From assembly GCF_006345805.1 (NCBI RefSeq), contig NC_042999.1:108004001-108068000 (forward strand): DNA of 64,000 bases. Direction: 5' to 3'. The notes below the pieces were generated by a model that saw nothing but the letters and a program-made list of their open reading frames with translations, was not told the origin of the DNA and ran no database searches. The translations under genes and the position numbers were made by a program. The stretch is from Octopus sinensis. Its lineage: Eukaryota. Positions 13,655-28,507 of the stretch are shown here, in pieces. How positions within the stretch are numbered: the first letter of the stretch is position 1; each line of letters starts with the position of its first letter.

Positions 13655-15680
13655 CTGAAACTTTTACATCAACAATGCATGTGGCATCATTTTTTTTTGT
13701 TTCAAATTTCATTAAATATTCCATAAATAATAACATTCTTGAAATAAAAAAAATATTCATTAAATTTATTTTTTTGCATAATTATTAACTATTTTCAAAC
13801 CAACCCACCTGAGACTACCCTCGTTTATGATATAAAAATATCCACTTTGATGTGCTAATATTTAAATTTAAACCTTCCATCATAATTTTATGTAATTTTA
13901 TGTGTTAAATGTCAAATTAATAATGGAGAACTTGTTTATATCACTAAACCTCTTCCAAATTCTTGATTGTTTTAATAACAATTAATCAAAACAGTTAGGC
14001 AGAGCATTTCATTAGAACTATGTTAATGAAAGGGTTAAAGAGATTATACATGTTTTTATTACATCATTTGAAAAATGAAGTTTTTAGTCTAATTTTATAT
14101 GCATTTGTTTATTTAGATAGAAAAATGACACAATGATCCAACATTCACCAGGAATTTATAACAGACAGCAGACATCATTACGTATCCATGTTAGCGACAT
14201 GACATTGCTATAACTGAAGAATTAGTCTGTTAATCCATTTGTAGAAGTTGAAATAATAGCTGACATTTATCAAAATTGTTTAACATTTAAATGTCTGCTT
14301 CTCTATATCAGCCTGAAGTAGATATATCTGCTTGCTTTTGTTGTCATTAATAATGATTATGATGATGTAACCACAGTTGTTGTCACTTGTTTGGTTCAAA
14401 TATAATTTTCTAAGCATTATATCATATTGTATGCATGTTAAATAAAGATCAAATCAGTTTCTAGGGGAAATCTTTTGTTTTTACAAAGACACGAATACAG
14501 TTTCAAGACTAGTGTGGTGGTGGTGGTTGTTGTTAACCTTAGTCTAGTTCTGATTGAGCAAAACTGTGATCGAAGTCATTCCAGTTGTGGTCATCCCATG
14601 TATTCAGACATCGCTTATTTATTTATTTTTTTTTTGTAAATTGTTTTTTAATCATTTGGTCAGAAAAAGAAAGACAGCATCCATGATGCTTTTTTTTTTT
14701 TTTTTGAGCTTCTGAGATTGACGGAAAGGAACAGAATGAATTATTCACATACTGGAAACCTACGCCAAATGTGCACTACCGAGTGGTGATGCTGAAGTCA
14801 ATGAAGGACAAGGTGATAGTTTAAGCCTATGACTCAAGAACATGATTGATGGTCTAGTTGATGTTAAAGTAGAGTACACTTCCTCATGGCACCATGTAGT
14901 GGGGTTGAAACTGAAACCACACAGCTCCTTGTTTCCTTAAGTAGTGATTTAAGAGAGATTTGGCTTCTATTACTAGCATCTCAAGCAGTTATATAAAGGC
15001 TTCCTCATTAGCTCATTTTTTTTTTGTTTCTTGGTGAGTTAAGGAATTTTTAGCTGGTATTTCTAGCATGTCGAATAACCTCATAGAGGTGCTGTTGTTG
15101 ATTCATGATGCTCTTTTTAATCTCATGAGGCTTCTTTGTTGGAGTAAATATTGTGTGTACACATCTTGAAATTCTGAAGGCTGATATATGAAGTGTTGGT
15201 GGAAAATATTATATCTCTTGCAAAATATACTAGAATTCAAATGAAGCTTCCATTGATAGTTGTGATACTGTCTTTCAGAAATTCACATATAATTCCGTAG
15301 AAAAACAAAAGAACTTGACTAAGGTGTGTTCAGTGCAGAGTTGAGACACAATAAGAAAACTGAAAAGAGGAGACAAGTAAATAAGATGGTGGCTGTACTG
15401 AAGTGCTTTCAAGAAAAAGGATGATTTGGTGCTATGTAATATAATAACAAAGCAATTTTTAATAAATCTGGCACCATGAAAGTAAAAATTGGTTGTTAAT
15501 GAATAAAGCAACATTAAAAAAAATCAAAACAATTATTGGAATGTGCTTTCAACCCTATCAAGCAATATTCCTGCTATTGTGGAAATAGGATAAATATCAT
15601 CTCAACTGGATTCCAGTATAGCTTTAATGAACAACTCACATAGAAAACAGAAGGTGCAGATGGTTCTGTTCATTAGTTTA

Positions 15681-16098
15681 CCTATTTCTTTACCACCCAC
15701 AAGGGGCTAAACACAGAGAGGACAAACAAGGACAGACAAATGGATTAAATCGATTATATCGACCCCAGTGCGTAACTGGTACTTATTTAATCGATCCCCG
15801 AAAGGATGAAAAGCAAAGTCAACCTTGGCGGAATTTGAACTCAGAATGTAGCAGCAGACGAAATACCTATTTCTTTATTGCTCACAAGGGGCTAAACATA
15901 GAGGGGACAAACAAGGACAGACATAGGGATTAAGTCGATTACATCGATCCCAGTGCATAACTGGTACTTATTTAATCGACCCTGAAAGGATAAAAGGCAA
16001 AGTTGACCTCGGTGGAATTTGAACTCAGAACATAGCGGCAGACGAAATACCGCTAACTGTTCGCCCAGCATGCTAACGTTTCTGCCAGTTCGCCGCCT
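15681..16098 (-). mobile_element. Dimeric SINE family A with 16-bp TSD
   Basis: Full monomer followed by a 5'-truncated monomer; TTCATTAGTTTACCTA at 15669-15684 and 16099-16114. The central GCCTTT(C/T)ATCCTTTC...AAATAAGTACCAG core resembles, from memory, the MetaSINE-type domain. Confidence 0.85.
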
Positions 16099-17587
16099 TT
16101 CATTAGTTTACCTACAATCATTACTCTTGAGCTGAAAATGCAACTGTTTATGTTTTTGTTTAAGAGCCCAGAAGAAAGATAAAGTTTGAGACAGCGGTCC
16201 GGGTGTGAGAGAGTTAATGTACTTAATACAATAATGTACTTTTGCCCCATAGAAACATATGGATCTTTTAAAATAGAATGGTTATCTTTTTTTTTTCTTT
16301 TTGTATCTTATTTTTAACATGGATATCAAGTGATTGATTGTATTTTATATTTTTTGCCAGCATAGTTTTAAACTAAGGATAGATATGTTTTTCCTTTCAA
16401 CATAGATCTCATATTGCAGTGTTTGATTTAAATTTTCCTGTTCTGGATTGAAGCATGTTTACTTTTCTCATTTAATATTTTTGTATATTTCCTAATTTAT
16501 CATTGTTTTGATCTTAATAGTATAATAGAAAAAAATAACTACTGAGAAATATAATATAAAGAATAGAAAAATATGCAAAAAGAAATACATTTTCCCTTGG
16601 GCACATATGTTTGTATTGGCTTAAAGCTATATCATTTAATCTTTACTCTAAATGTTATAAAACTCATTTTGATTTATGATAAAATGGTTCTTAACACTGC
16701 AGTGACCTAGAATCAACATAATTCTTATCATTATCCTCCTACATCCTTAAATCTTTGAGATGAGAATTCTAAAAAAAAAAAAAACAAGGTGTATGGGAAA
16801 TTGCAGAGATAAACATTGTTTGGGTGGAGGTCCAGAAAGTTTCTCTATTTTTATTTTTACTTCACTTTACTTATGCCACTTATTCCATTTGATTCTTGAT
16901 TATCTTCCATTTATATGTCTTCTCCCATGAATGCAGTGCTTTCCTTATCTCAAGAATGTAGAACACAAAAGAAGTATAGAGGATTAATACAAGAGCAAGC
17001 TTGAGTTTGATATTTTCTCCTTTAAAATGCTCTTTGGTTCATAAACTATTAATTTAGTGGGCTTTCAGTCTTTTTGGATATCCTTTAAATACAGAGTATC
17101 AAGATACTTTAGCTAATGGAAATAATTGCATTTATCAGATGTTATTTCTTAGAATTTATCTGGAATATATATGCAATGTAAAAAAAAAAAGAAAATTTAA
17201 TTTAATTGTTTTTCTTGAAAATAGCTGCAAGAAGTTTCCAAATATTTCCATTTTAGATAAGGAATTTAATGGAAATTGAGAAGAAAATTGATAATAAAAG
17301 AATACTTGAGCAGTATCCACAGTTATATAGGAGGTAGCAAAAAGGAAGGAAAACAACCTGTTATTAATATAATATCTGCCATTTACAAGAACATCTAATA
17401 TAAATGTATGCCCATTTATTGTAGGGTTTGTTAGCAACTGTGAAAAATAGTTGTCTAATGAAATGTTTTCCTTGTTTTCTTTACTCACAAACCTTACTAA
17501 ATGTTAATCAGATGGGGCAGTATCAGAACAGTGTTATTTAAAAGGAAATATGGAAAATGAATGTGCGCTTGCAATTTCAAAGAATGG

Positions 17588-17735
17588 TTGTGTAGTATGA
17601 AGTTTGCTTCCCAACTACAGGTTTTTGGGTCCAGTCCCACTATGTGACACCTTGGGCAAGTATCTTTTACTATGAGCCTTGGCCAGCCTTATGAGTAGAT
17701 TTGGTTGATGGAAACTGGAAGAAGCCTATCGTGTT
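17588..17735 (+). mobile_element. tRNA-headed SINE family B (AGTTTGCTTCCCAAC head)
   Basis: Homologous copies at about 6625-6740(-), 27350-27680(+), 45233-45370(-) and 54592-54717(+); followed by (TA)n. Confidence 0.7.
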
Positions 17736-17788
<53 letters not shown>

Positions 17789-17804
17789 TATAAATATATG
17801 CATA

Positions 17805-18330
17805 TATGGGTACAGGACATCACCAACAGTAAACATGAAATACGAAAACAAATGAGTTCAATACACAAACAATGGGAGAAACAAATAGAAAACAGGACAA
17901 GTAACAGAAAGAATGACCCTTCATCAGTTGTCGACTGTCTACCTACTCCTCATTTCGAGCATTGAACGACAACGAGTCTTCAAAAACAGTTGCCCTTATA
18001 AGTACCAAAATAAAATTTGGGATTTATGGAGGGTCAAAGTTGGGAACAAAAACAGGACAGTGGAGACATACAAAGAAACCAAATGAAAACAAGCATGGAG
18101 AGTCGAGACCAGAACGAGGGTAAAATAGCAAATGCTGGAGAAATATTTTCTTTGACAAGAGAAAAGATAGAAGAGAGAGAGAGAGATATAGGATATGTCC
18201 AGTCCTTAGGATAGTCCTGAAAGAAAAGAAAGATGATCACATGAGGAAAAGAAAGGTGCAGGATGGTCACGTGTGAGCAATGAGAGAGAGTAAAGGAGAA
18301 AAAGGAGGAAAGAGAGAGAAACAGACAGAT
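17805..18330. repeat. Purine-rich interspersed repeat of uncertain class (possibly Penelope-like terminus)
   Basis: Flanked by (TA)n, locally CpG-richer, contains CTGATGAAGG on the minus strand; class assignment is inference only. Confidence 0.3.
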
Positions 18331-18571
18331 ATGTGCATGTGTGTGTTACTATCTCCTTGGCCTGACATATATGATAGTTGTAATCAAGTGTACCACCTTC
18401 ATGCAAGTGATGTCTACCATCTTCAATCTTCTATGTAAACATGTCTGGTCACTGGGAAATATTACCTTACATGGAAACTGGTGAGGGTTGGTGATGGGAA
18501 GAACATCCAGCCATAGAAATTTAAACTGCAGCCCATGGAACTTTCTGAATGGCATGCCAACAAAAAATTAC

Positions 18572-18667
18572 CTTTGAATTCTTTAAGCAGTGTAACCCAT
18601 TTGGTGATAAACCATATTTCATGTGGCCCCTCTTTTTCAAGAAAGGTTACCCATACAGGTTTAAAGG
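18572..18667 (-). CDS. Candidate symmetric phase-1 exon (96 bp): FKPVWVTFLEKEGPHEIWFITKWVTLLKEFK
   Basis: Acceptor aacttttAG, donor AAG|GTAATT, only one open frame, length divisible by 3, protein-like composition; family not recognised. Confidence 0.35.
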
Positions 18668-21600
18668 CTAAAAGTTTGAAATTGTTTGTTAAATACATGC
18701 AATTATAAGCATTAAAGCCTACTTTAAAAATCAGTCACTCAGCTTCAGTTGGTGTTGGATTAGAAGTATAATTAATAGCAATAACAACATGGATAACAAA
18801 TTAGTTTATACTGAGAGGAACAAGAACTACTGTTAACCTCTAGTCATCTAATCTCATTCATGTTTCAAAAATGTCATTTGTTGTAAATTTAATTGTGATA
18901 TCAGGATTTTCTATGTAAATGTGAAAGAGTTAAAACCCTAGTACACATCTACTAGGATTTTTAACTGTTCTTCCTATTTTATCATTCCATTTTAAATATT
19001 TATTTATTTATATCTATTTGGTATTTGAATCAATTATGAATCAATTCAGATTCAGTCTTGTACAGGCTTCTATATGTCAATAATCAATTTGGTATTGTAG
19101 AATCAATACAGCTGCCAAGTTTGAAATATAGAATAATTGGGATCCTGTTGAAAGGCCTAGAGTTGAATAACTCAAATTAAGGTACCCATAAATGGTATGA
19201 GCCTTAAAATCCAGCCCAATGTAGAAAAAAGAAAGAGGAAAAAAAGAACACTCTTGATAGAAAGCGAGGGAGACAAAAGTATGATTGCTAGATGGTGGTG
19301 AAATATATTTTGTGGAGAAGGTGTGTGGTGCACATAGAATGATTGGTGATGAATAACTTATATATAATGAATATTATATATAATATATACATATATATAA
19401 TGAATATTATATGTAAACTAGCAAGATGAATTGAGTGCAAATAAATTAAGAAATTGACTAGGTTTGAAATGAGTTGATGTTCTGAAGTGAGATAAATGAA
19501 CTGATAATGTTTGGTTGTGAATAGAGAGTGCATAGGTGAAGCATTGTAGGAGACTGGTATGGGAAATGCTGAGGCACATGTCATTAGAATGAATAGATTT
19601 CATAGATTGAGTTTAGTTCAAACTTTGGAAAAAGTTGTTTTATCATAACCTATTCAAAACATAGCATTTAAAAAAAGATGTTAAAACTGATAGCAACTGT
19701 GAGATGATAAAAAAAAAGCTAGACAAAAACAATTAGACTACCTTTTTACATAACGATTTTAGTTTTGTTTAAAAAAAAATTAATGAGGATGGTTGGTATC
19801 AGGAAATAATGTGAAGTATTGATTATTAAATATGCTATCATTTTTCAGAATAAAACTGTACATAATTACTATTGCAATATTTATGTAATTGATATTAATA
19901 TCAATAATATTGTTTATACAATTATTCAACATTACTTTTATCTCAAGTAGATTTGCTTTGGTTATTAACATTATTCTTTTTATAAATTCTTCAGTGAAAA
20001 ATTTAATCAATAGATAAAGTAAAAGTTATATACAAATTGATTTTATCAATAACAGGAAAAGGCAAAGATATAGAAATGTTTTATAAGAAAGAATAGCAAT
20101 AAATTTATTAATCAGTTATTCTTTATAAAATGTATATATAGTGCAATTCTGCTAGTCTCCTACCCTTTGGACTTGGATATGGCAGATTATTAAGTTTGGC
20201 AGTTATTTTTGGTTGTTTTGTATTAATTCAGTCATTTGAAAAAAAAAAATTATAAAGAATATTATTAACCTGTAATATTCAGTACCTTTAATATCAGCCA
20301 ATTTCTTTTCACCAGCCAAATTAAGCTTAGGAATACTACATAGCATTTTCAAGTTCCTAAATCCAAACTATAAATACAAAAGTTTTCACAATATCCTTAT
20401 CTCCATACTTGACTTAGTGTCTTCAGTGACCACTGGTTCTGAAAATCAGCCTACCCATTGAATTGTTTTGCACTAAGCCATTAAAAAATATATTGCAGTA
20501 TTATTTAAGTATACCACACTTCAGTTACTTGATTCTAAATCAACCATAAAATGAATTGCCTATTGGTATTCTTGATTTTGAATACCTTAAATTATTATAG
20601 AACCTGTGTTATAGCCACAGATTCTTTCTTTGCAAGTACCACATTTTCAGTTCCTAGGGGTGATGTCAGTCACATGCTTTATTTTTGCACCTTTTGCATT
20701 TTAGTTACTTTTATTAACATGGGAAGACATTTCCACAAATGAATGGACGATACATGTTGGTAAATACAAAATACATGTTGATAAGTGTTCTTTTCAACTC
20801 GACTGTAAACAAGAAAATGGAATCAATGACTAGTGGTAGTGCTTAGGAATACAAAAAAAAAAGAAAAGAAAAATGGTGAAATGTAAGAAAGTGCAAGACA
20901 ATCAGGTCTGCAGGACTATATTGGAAACCAGGATTAATAGAACTTTACTGTATTTCTTTAAAATTATGGGAGAATGGGAAATTAATCTTTAGACATCTTG
21001 CTACTTCATTTGGTACATTGCAATTATTTTTTCTTTTATTATATATAAAAAAAAATTCTGTCATATACAACAAAGTTTCTACAGAAATGTAACTGTGAAA
21101 ATTTTATTTGTGAATTTGACTTTCAAAACTTGTTGATATGTAACCAAATTTAATGCTGCATTTTATTGATGTTTTATTTCTTTCACTGTTCTTAGTATTC
21201 AGAGACTTTGTTCTTCAGCTGTGTACATTAGAACTAAAATAATACAGAATGTTTATGGGCATATGCAAAATTAGTATCTTTCTCTTCACTCTTTTCTTTT
21301 GCTTGTTTTTCTTTTTTTCGTCTTGATCACAATAGAGAAATAGTCTTGCTTGTCTATGTTGAGAAACTTGGGCATTGGTATCTATAATGGCGAATGCTAT
21401 TAAATAGCAAACCAAATTCATATTAAAATATTCATATTCTTTCTTTGTTATGTCTTTTGGAAAGTAATAGTAAAATAAAGACATTTTGTCTATTGTTAAC
21501 TTTTTACCAATATAAATCTATGATCACCAGCAGACTTGTGATTTGCTACTGCTGGCAACAATACATGGATTTAAGCCAGGTATAATTAAACTTATTTAGT

Positions 21601-21692
21601 AGAGAAACAACAAGGAAATTGAAACAAGTCATAAATTGAAGCCATTATCTTAACTTCTCCATTTGAAACATATCGTTGTATTTCAGACATTT

Positions 21693-21911
21693 AAGGTGGA
21701 GAGCTGGCAGAATCATTAGTACACTGGGCAAAATGCTTAATGGCAGTTTGTCTGTCTTTATGTTCTGAGTTCAAATTCTGTCACGGTCAACTTTACCTTT
21801 CATCCTTTCAGGATCAATAAAATAAATACCAGTTGAGTACTGGGGGTAGATCTAATTGGTTTAGTCCTCCCCCAAAATTGCTGGCCTTGTGCCAAAATTT
21901 AAGACCGATAC
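21693..21911 (+). mobile_element. SINE family A, tail type 2, with 11-bp TSD
   Basis: TTCAGACATTT at 21682-21692 and 21912-21922; head GAGCTGGCAGAATC and TTCTGAGTTCAAATTC B-box-like motif. Confidence 0.8.
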
Positions 21912-24064
21912 TTCAGACATTTGTACTCTGTTGTTGCACTGTTGCAATACTATTTATATTGGAACTCATTGGTAAAGTAGGTTGTTTCTCTGAAGATGTT
22001 GTGGAAAGTAGAACTCTCTTAAAACTTATTCTCATATTATATTTCTCAGATATTTTTGTATTGAAACATACTTTATGTACCAAATATTTCAGTGGATTTT
22101 TATTTTGGTTCCATGCTTAAATTTTGAATAGCTACTAATCTTTGACTACTTGGTATTTACATATCTGTATCATACTTTCTTTGTATCTATTTGGATCTAG
22201 TTTATGTGGACACCAGTACATTTCAGTTATTGATGAAATGGAGAGCTGATGTCTTGCGAGATACTAAAGTTTATAGGGTTAGAATTGAGAGAGCACAATG
22301 GATAGATGAGAAATATATGAGAAATAGTCAGAAATAAGTAAGAACCAACCTCTAATACTTCAAGAGATCTTGTGATACTTTCTTTTCCTTTTTTCCAAAT
22401 ATGATTCTATTCTCGTAATTCATGAAGATATCTAAAGTGCATGAAGTAACAGAAATACCAAGTCATATCATCATATCACCTAGACATATCACATCTCATC
22501 GTTATTCTTGTCATATTGATTTCTTTACATGGAAGATATCCTCAAATACACAAAGTACAAAATGGAAAGTTATAGATTTTAGCTAGTTTCTGAGTAATTA
22601 TTCTTACATACAAGAGTAAGGTAACCATTAGGAATATTTCCTTTCATGAAACACCTCTTTTATGTTGCAAACTCAATATTTTTTTATGTAACTAAGTACA
22701 ATATATGACTGAAAGATACCAATATAAAATCATGAGTGTCACCAACACTTTGCTGCTATTTATATTGTTAGAAATTATTATATTTTAGGTTATACTAAAA
22801 GTTGACAAGTAACCCAGTCGCAGTAAATATTTCCTTTAAGGATATGATTTGTAATCTCAATAGCAGATATTTCATAAATCAGTGCAGTTCCCCATTTTGG
22901 ATTTTTTTTTTTACTTTTCCCTTTCTTACTGTGTTTTTCTAAAGCATGAAGCTTTTGACTATATAGACTGATTCACACATAAACAAACTAACCCAGTTGA
23001 TACTCAAAATTGGGTTTGACTTACTTGGATTTCCAATAACACTGCACTGTAAATTATTACTATGTTGTTAATTTAGAAAAGTATCTAATTTATTTCAATC
23101 TGATGTATGACATCATAGAGCTATGTAATGGCAATATTAGTTGTTTTGCGTTGCTTTATACTCAAAGGAAATGATAGGTTAACAGATTTCTTTTGTGCTT
23201 TTGCACTACTGACCCAACCACAGAAACTTCCAAAGTTGTTTATATTATTAAAACTGAAGAAAATGAAAAAAAAATTTAAAAAACAAAACAAAAAACCCTA
23301 AATCTATTGGAATATCAGTAGTTACTAACATAAAAGATGTTCAAATAATATTTTAGTCTTTTGTAACAGAAAATAATACACTATCACAGACCATTGATAT
23401 TCTAGAGTTATTTTTATTTTTCTGTTGCCATTTTCTTGTAATATGAGGCACCCCAGGTCTCATTCTTTCTGAACAAAAGATTCTCTTATCTTTGAAAAAC
23501 ACATGTAAAATGTGTAATGCTGACATAAAAGTGGCTTCAAATTTTGGAACTGATAATTCTTCAGTCATTGCAAACCATGCTTCATAATTAATATAAAATT
23601 TCTGTGGATAATCAATTATTTCTTCCTAACTTCCTGCTAGATTACAATACAAGCTCATTCATTAAATTGCCTGCTACTCTTGATAGCATTCAATATGACA
23701 TATAAGTTGAGTTGGGCATCCTTTATCATATCATATTTACAATCAATATCCTTAGTCTTAAACATATCTGTATTGATATATATGCAAGCGTGTATGTGTA
23801 CACACACACACACACACTTGCACACACACATGCACACACACACACACACATACATATAAATCAAAGTATACAATTCGAAATATGATACAGATATTTCTAA
23901 ACCAAGATGCTTTCTATGCCAGCATGGGTTGGATGGATCATCAATATTCATATAATTTCTTATTTTGAGTTATAGCTTTCTGAGATAGGTCAGAGGACAA
24001 AAACTTGTTAATGCATTCAATTTTTGACTTGATTCCTATGGCTACATGCTCTCTCTCTTTCTAT

Positions 24065-24069
24065 GTATG

Positions 24070-24107
<38 letters not shown>

Positions 24108-24230
24108 TAGATAGATAGATAGATAAAAAAATTAGTCAATCAACTCTAGACCACTGGTAGCAAAGAAATTTTCTTAATTTTTTTTGCTACCCTGGAATTT
24201 ATTAATAATAGATAGGTAGATAGTGTTGTT

Positions 24231-24283
<53 letters not shown>
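24065..24283. repeat. (TA)n(GA)n(GATA)n and (GA)n microsatellites
   Basis: Directly visible. Confidence 0.9.
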
Positions 24284-24288
<5 letters not shown>

Positions 24289-25621
24289 GACACAGAAACA
24301 TGTAGCATAAATACATGGAAGGAAAATATATTTGAGTGTACATGTTAAAAGAAAAATATGCATATAAAGTATATATAATTCTAACTCAAATAGCCATGCT
24401 TTTATACTCACTCTCTTAGCCATATGCACAAATACACACATACATGCATACACACATCTATACATGTCTTTATATATAGGTAGGTGTTTTTTCACCTCTG
24501 ATGAAAGGATATCCCTAATATCCAAGAAACAGCTGTAAGACTAGCTTTCTCTTTATAAATGTCCTGAAAATTCCACTCAGCCTTGGCTCTGCTGTCTCAT
24601 TTTATTTGATGTGTGTGTGTGTGTGTGTGTGCATGTGTCTTAAAGACAGAAAATAATGTATTCTTACATTGTTTCACATCCATATTTATATATGAAATTA
24701 CATTGAATCATGTTTACTGAAAATGTTCTGCTTGCATCATTAACAATGCAAAGAGGCTATTATATTTTTAACAAATTGTATAGACTTTATACATTGATAC
24801 ACTGTATTTATTAAAATTCTGCTATAAAAAATAATCACATCATCAAAATTTAGCACATTGTTTCCAATGTCAAGGAAGATAGAAAAGAATTTACTTTTTC
24901 ATTGCTTCTCATTTAAACTTAACTATACTGCTAAAATATTCAGATCCTTTACTCTGAGTCTCTTATAATTTTTATAAAATTTTGAAGATATTAAAACATT
25001 ATATATCTTGGCAGTCCAGTAGATAAAGTGTAATACTTGAATAATTCAGAAACATAAACTAAATATAAATTTAAATGTGAAACAATATTTTCTGTCTTCT
25101 ACAGTATATGAATCTATTTACTAACTTTTTGAAGTTATGATATTTAAATTAGAATATTACTAACAACATTCCAAATTTATACTGTTTATGAGCAACCAAT
25201 GTGTGTGTGCATCTACATATGAGTGAGTTAGACAACAGAAGATAGAAAATGAAAGGAAAACTAAGTGTGACAGAACAAACTGTATTCTTGTACCTCATAC
25301 TAATACTTCTAATACAACTTTCAGTCTCTCTTATGCCCTTTCTTGACTTATCTCTGCTTTATTTCAAGGAATATAAAGACCGGTGCTTTTGTGCATGCAT
25401 AAATCAGGTAAAGAATCAGTGTAAAGAATTGGTGCAAAATTTGGTAAAGAATCAGTGAGAAATTATAACTTTATACCAAGCCATATATATATATTTGAAC
25501 TCAACATAACGGCAAACAAAATACGGCTACACATTTCGCCCGGCATGCTAACGTTTCTGCCAGCTTGCCGCCTAATATATATATATATGTATATACACAC
25601 ACACACGTGTGTGTGTGTGTG

Positions 25622-26878
25622 TTAGGAGTGCTGGAAAGTAATATTGTATTTTCAAGCAAATAGTCTGATGTCAGACCACAAATAGCTTATAAGCCAATCA
25701 ATTAAAGGTGTCCTTGTGATCAACCAATCAGCATGGTGTTAATGACCAAATGTTAATGTGGACATGTTCTGTGTGGGTATATGCTCTGTCTAATCCATGG
25801 AAGAAAAGGATTATAGTGAGCTGCATATATTGCAGTGCAAGCTATACAAATTTTATAAGGGCAACAGTGCAGCACATGCAAGGGAGAATGTACATGTATT
25901 GTATATCCTGATGGTGTTTGTAAATATCAAAGGTTAGTTTAACAAATTCAAAAATGTTGATTTTGATCTTTTGGATAGTTGTCAATCAGGAAGACCAACT
26001 TTTCTCAGTAATGATACAATGAAAATATTAATTGAAGAGGATTTGTATCAAAGTATCAGGAACTAATCCCAGAGGCTTAATAAACTTTGGTCTTCTGTGC
26101 AAGATCATCTGAAGCAGATTAGAAAAGAGTATAAAAATGGGAAATGAGTACCTCATGAGTTGTCTCCAGTGAATGAAGCAGTGTATTCAACAATTTGCAA
26201 CAGTTTTGCTAATGAAGAATTTGCTTAACTGAATGCTACTAAGTGGTAAGAAATGGATTGTCTATGCCAAGATTAACTGTAAGAGACAGTGGCCATCTCC
26301 AAACCAGATCTATACCCAAAGATGTTGCTGTGTGTTTGGTGGAACACAATAAATATTGTTCATTTTAAATTACTGGAGCAAAGGAAAAAACATCATTGCA
26401 GAACTTTATTGTCAACACCTTTTTATGTCAATCAAATTTTGCTCTAAAGAGCCAACAGAAAGTCCTAGTCAACAAAAAGGTAGTCATTCTGCAATATCAT
26501 AATGCAAGACTACATTCAGAGAGGATAACCCAAGAGAAAATAAATTCATTCAGCTGGGAAGTTCTACTACACTCTCTTTATGCACCAGACCTAGCACCTG
26601 CAGATTTTTACTTATTCAGGTCACTTGAACACTTTACCAATGAAAAAGCATTCAGAAGCAGAGACAATGTTGAAATAGTACGTCAAACATTTTTCTCTTC
26701 TAAAGAACCTGATTGATTTTTTTTTCTCTCAAGGAATCAGGAAACTAGCTTTGAGGTTGGAAAATGTTATTGCTAATGATGGCGATTATATTTTGAATGA
26801 ATAAATGTATTTATGATATGTTTTATGCTGATCTGAATTCATTACATGAAAGGCGACATTACTTTTTGGCAACCCTAA
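25622..26878 (+). mobile_element. Near full-length decayed mariner (Tc1/mariner) DNA transposon, about 1.26 kb
   Basis: Imperfect TIRs TTAGGAGTGCTGGAAAGTAAT / rc TTAGGGTTGCCAAAAAGTAAT; transposase remnants *VPHEL, YPKMLLCVWW, HNARLH and YAPDLAPADFYLFRSLEHF (ORF 26396-26716); stops and frameshifts. Confidence 0.9.
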
Positions 26879-26949
26879 TTTCTGTGTGTGTGTGTGTGTG
26901 AACACACGCATGCACACACATTCATGCACACAGGCATACTCACACTTTC

Positions 26950-27240
26950 ATCAGCATCATTTTACTCCCACTTTCTATGATTGCATGGATTAGATGGATC
27001 ATTACAGTCCAAATCATAGGTTATTGGAAAGTTTTGTTCTTTGAGACTGGTGCTTCTATGTATTATAAGGCTTGGTTTCTAAAGCTGGATACCCTTCTCA
27101 TCACCAACCAGTCACTTTACAGAGTATACTGGGTGCATTTTTTTTATACCAACCTTAGAGAGGTAGCTGTGCTCACCATTCACCTGTGGAGGGAGCGTTG
27201 TGGTTCCTTTTGTAACACTAATTCAGTAGGTAGGATGTAT
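26950..27240 (-). mobile_element. Decayed copy of the (CAT)n-tailed repeat family
   Basis: Similar to 37237-37500 and to the reverse complement of the 3' end of 31807-32888. Confidence 0.5.
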
Positions 27241-28507
27241 TAATTACACAGACACACTCATACAACATACACATATATCATGATATAGCAGAAACAATTA
27301 CAACTCTGGCTCAGCTTTCATATGGTACACATGCAGAAGGTGCAGATATAGATGCATGGTAAGAATTTTGCTTCCCACCCACATGGTGCCAGGTTTACTC
27401 CCAGTGTGATGTCTATTATATACTTGAGTGGATTTTGTGAATGGAAATTGAAAGAAACCCATCAGGTGTATGTATATGTGTCCTCTTGTTTTGACATTAT
27501 GTGATAGTTGTGAAATTACTGCCATTACCATACTAGCAGTGTCATTCATTTTCATTATTCTGTGAGAACATGTCTGGGGCCAGGGAAATATTACCTTGCT
27601 TAGAAGCAGGTGAGTGTTGGTGACAGGAAGGGCATCTGGTTGTAAAAAAAAATCAGCCTCAATAAACACCTTCTGATTCAATAATAAAGTTGTGTGAAAC
27701 AGCGTAGATATTGATATGGCAGTGTAATAGCTTCTCAATAATATTTTCCATTCTTGAAAGCTTTCTTGTTGGTGTAAGTTATGAACATAGAAATTCATAT
27801 TATCAACAAATTTAAACTGATCTGATAATCATTGCTTAAATTTCAGTTAACTGTATGATAATTAATCATAGAAAAAATTAACAGCTCAGAATCTGTTGAT
27901 TAGACATTGAAGTAAAAGTCATGCGTTTTAGTTGCTTTGATATGAATTAGAAAGAGAAAAACGTTTATGCAGTGTTATTTGGTTAATCTAACACAAAAGA
28001 TTAAAGTGGTAATTATTCTGTTAAAGTATATTTTTAACTGAAGGATGTGTATCAAATTAGAAATCATAAAATTTTAACGCAGTTAAGAAAAACCAAGAGA
28101 GAGAACGAGAGATAGAGAGATGGAATGGAATGGCATGTTTCAAAGAAATATTTTCAAATGTTAAAGAACACTTTTACCATGTCAGTTTACTTCATACTAT
28201 TCATGACAGATTCCCAATGAAACTCAAAATTTATGCTGATATCAAATTGGAGGTTAAGGGCAAGATGTTACATAACTGGTTTCTTTTCTTAAAATTTTAC
28301 AGTCAATCACACTGCTATTTGACTCTGACATTATTAAACATCTCATGGTTTTACTGGTGAATTTTGTACCATCATAACACCTTTGCCTCCTCTGGTATCA
28401 CCATCTACTTATTTACATTTGTCATATTATGTCAAAATTATGTAAACACTTTCTGATGCATGTTGTTATTTTCTCTTTTGTTGAAGCCGCATTCAACACA
28501 TAGTAAA

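Noticed and set aside
17900-17960. Hammerhead ribozyme core (CUGAUGA on the minus strand)
   Set aside because: No downstream stem II/GAAA or matching stems could be found.
23460-23590. BED-finger-like CKMCNADIKVASNFGT on the plus strand
   Set aside because: It lacks the N-terminal aromatic residues and second His/Cys, and no hAT TIRs or further transposase are visible.
8300-25410. Further short plus-strand splice-bounded ORFs (about 8366, 9869, 15280, 17257, 21332, 22227, 25369; also 47237)
   Set aside because: Weak acceptor or donor, or an in-frame stop at the boundary; expected by chance in AT-rich DNA.
27298-27798. Longest ORF in the track (166 aa, minus strand)
   Set aside because: It runs antisense through a SINE family B copy; not protein-like.
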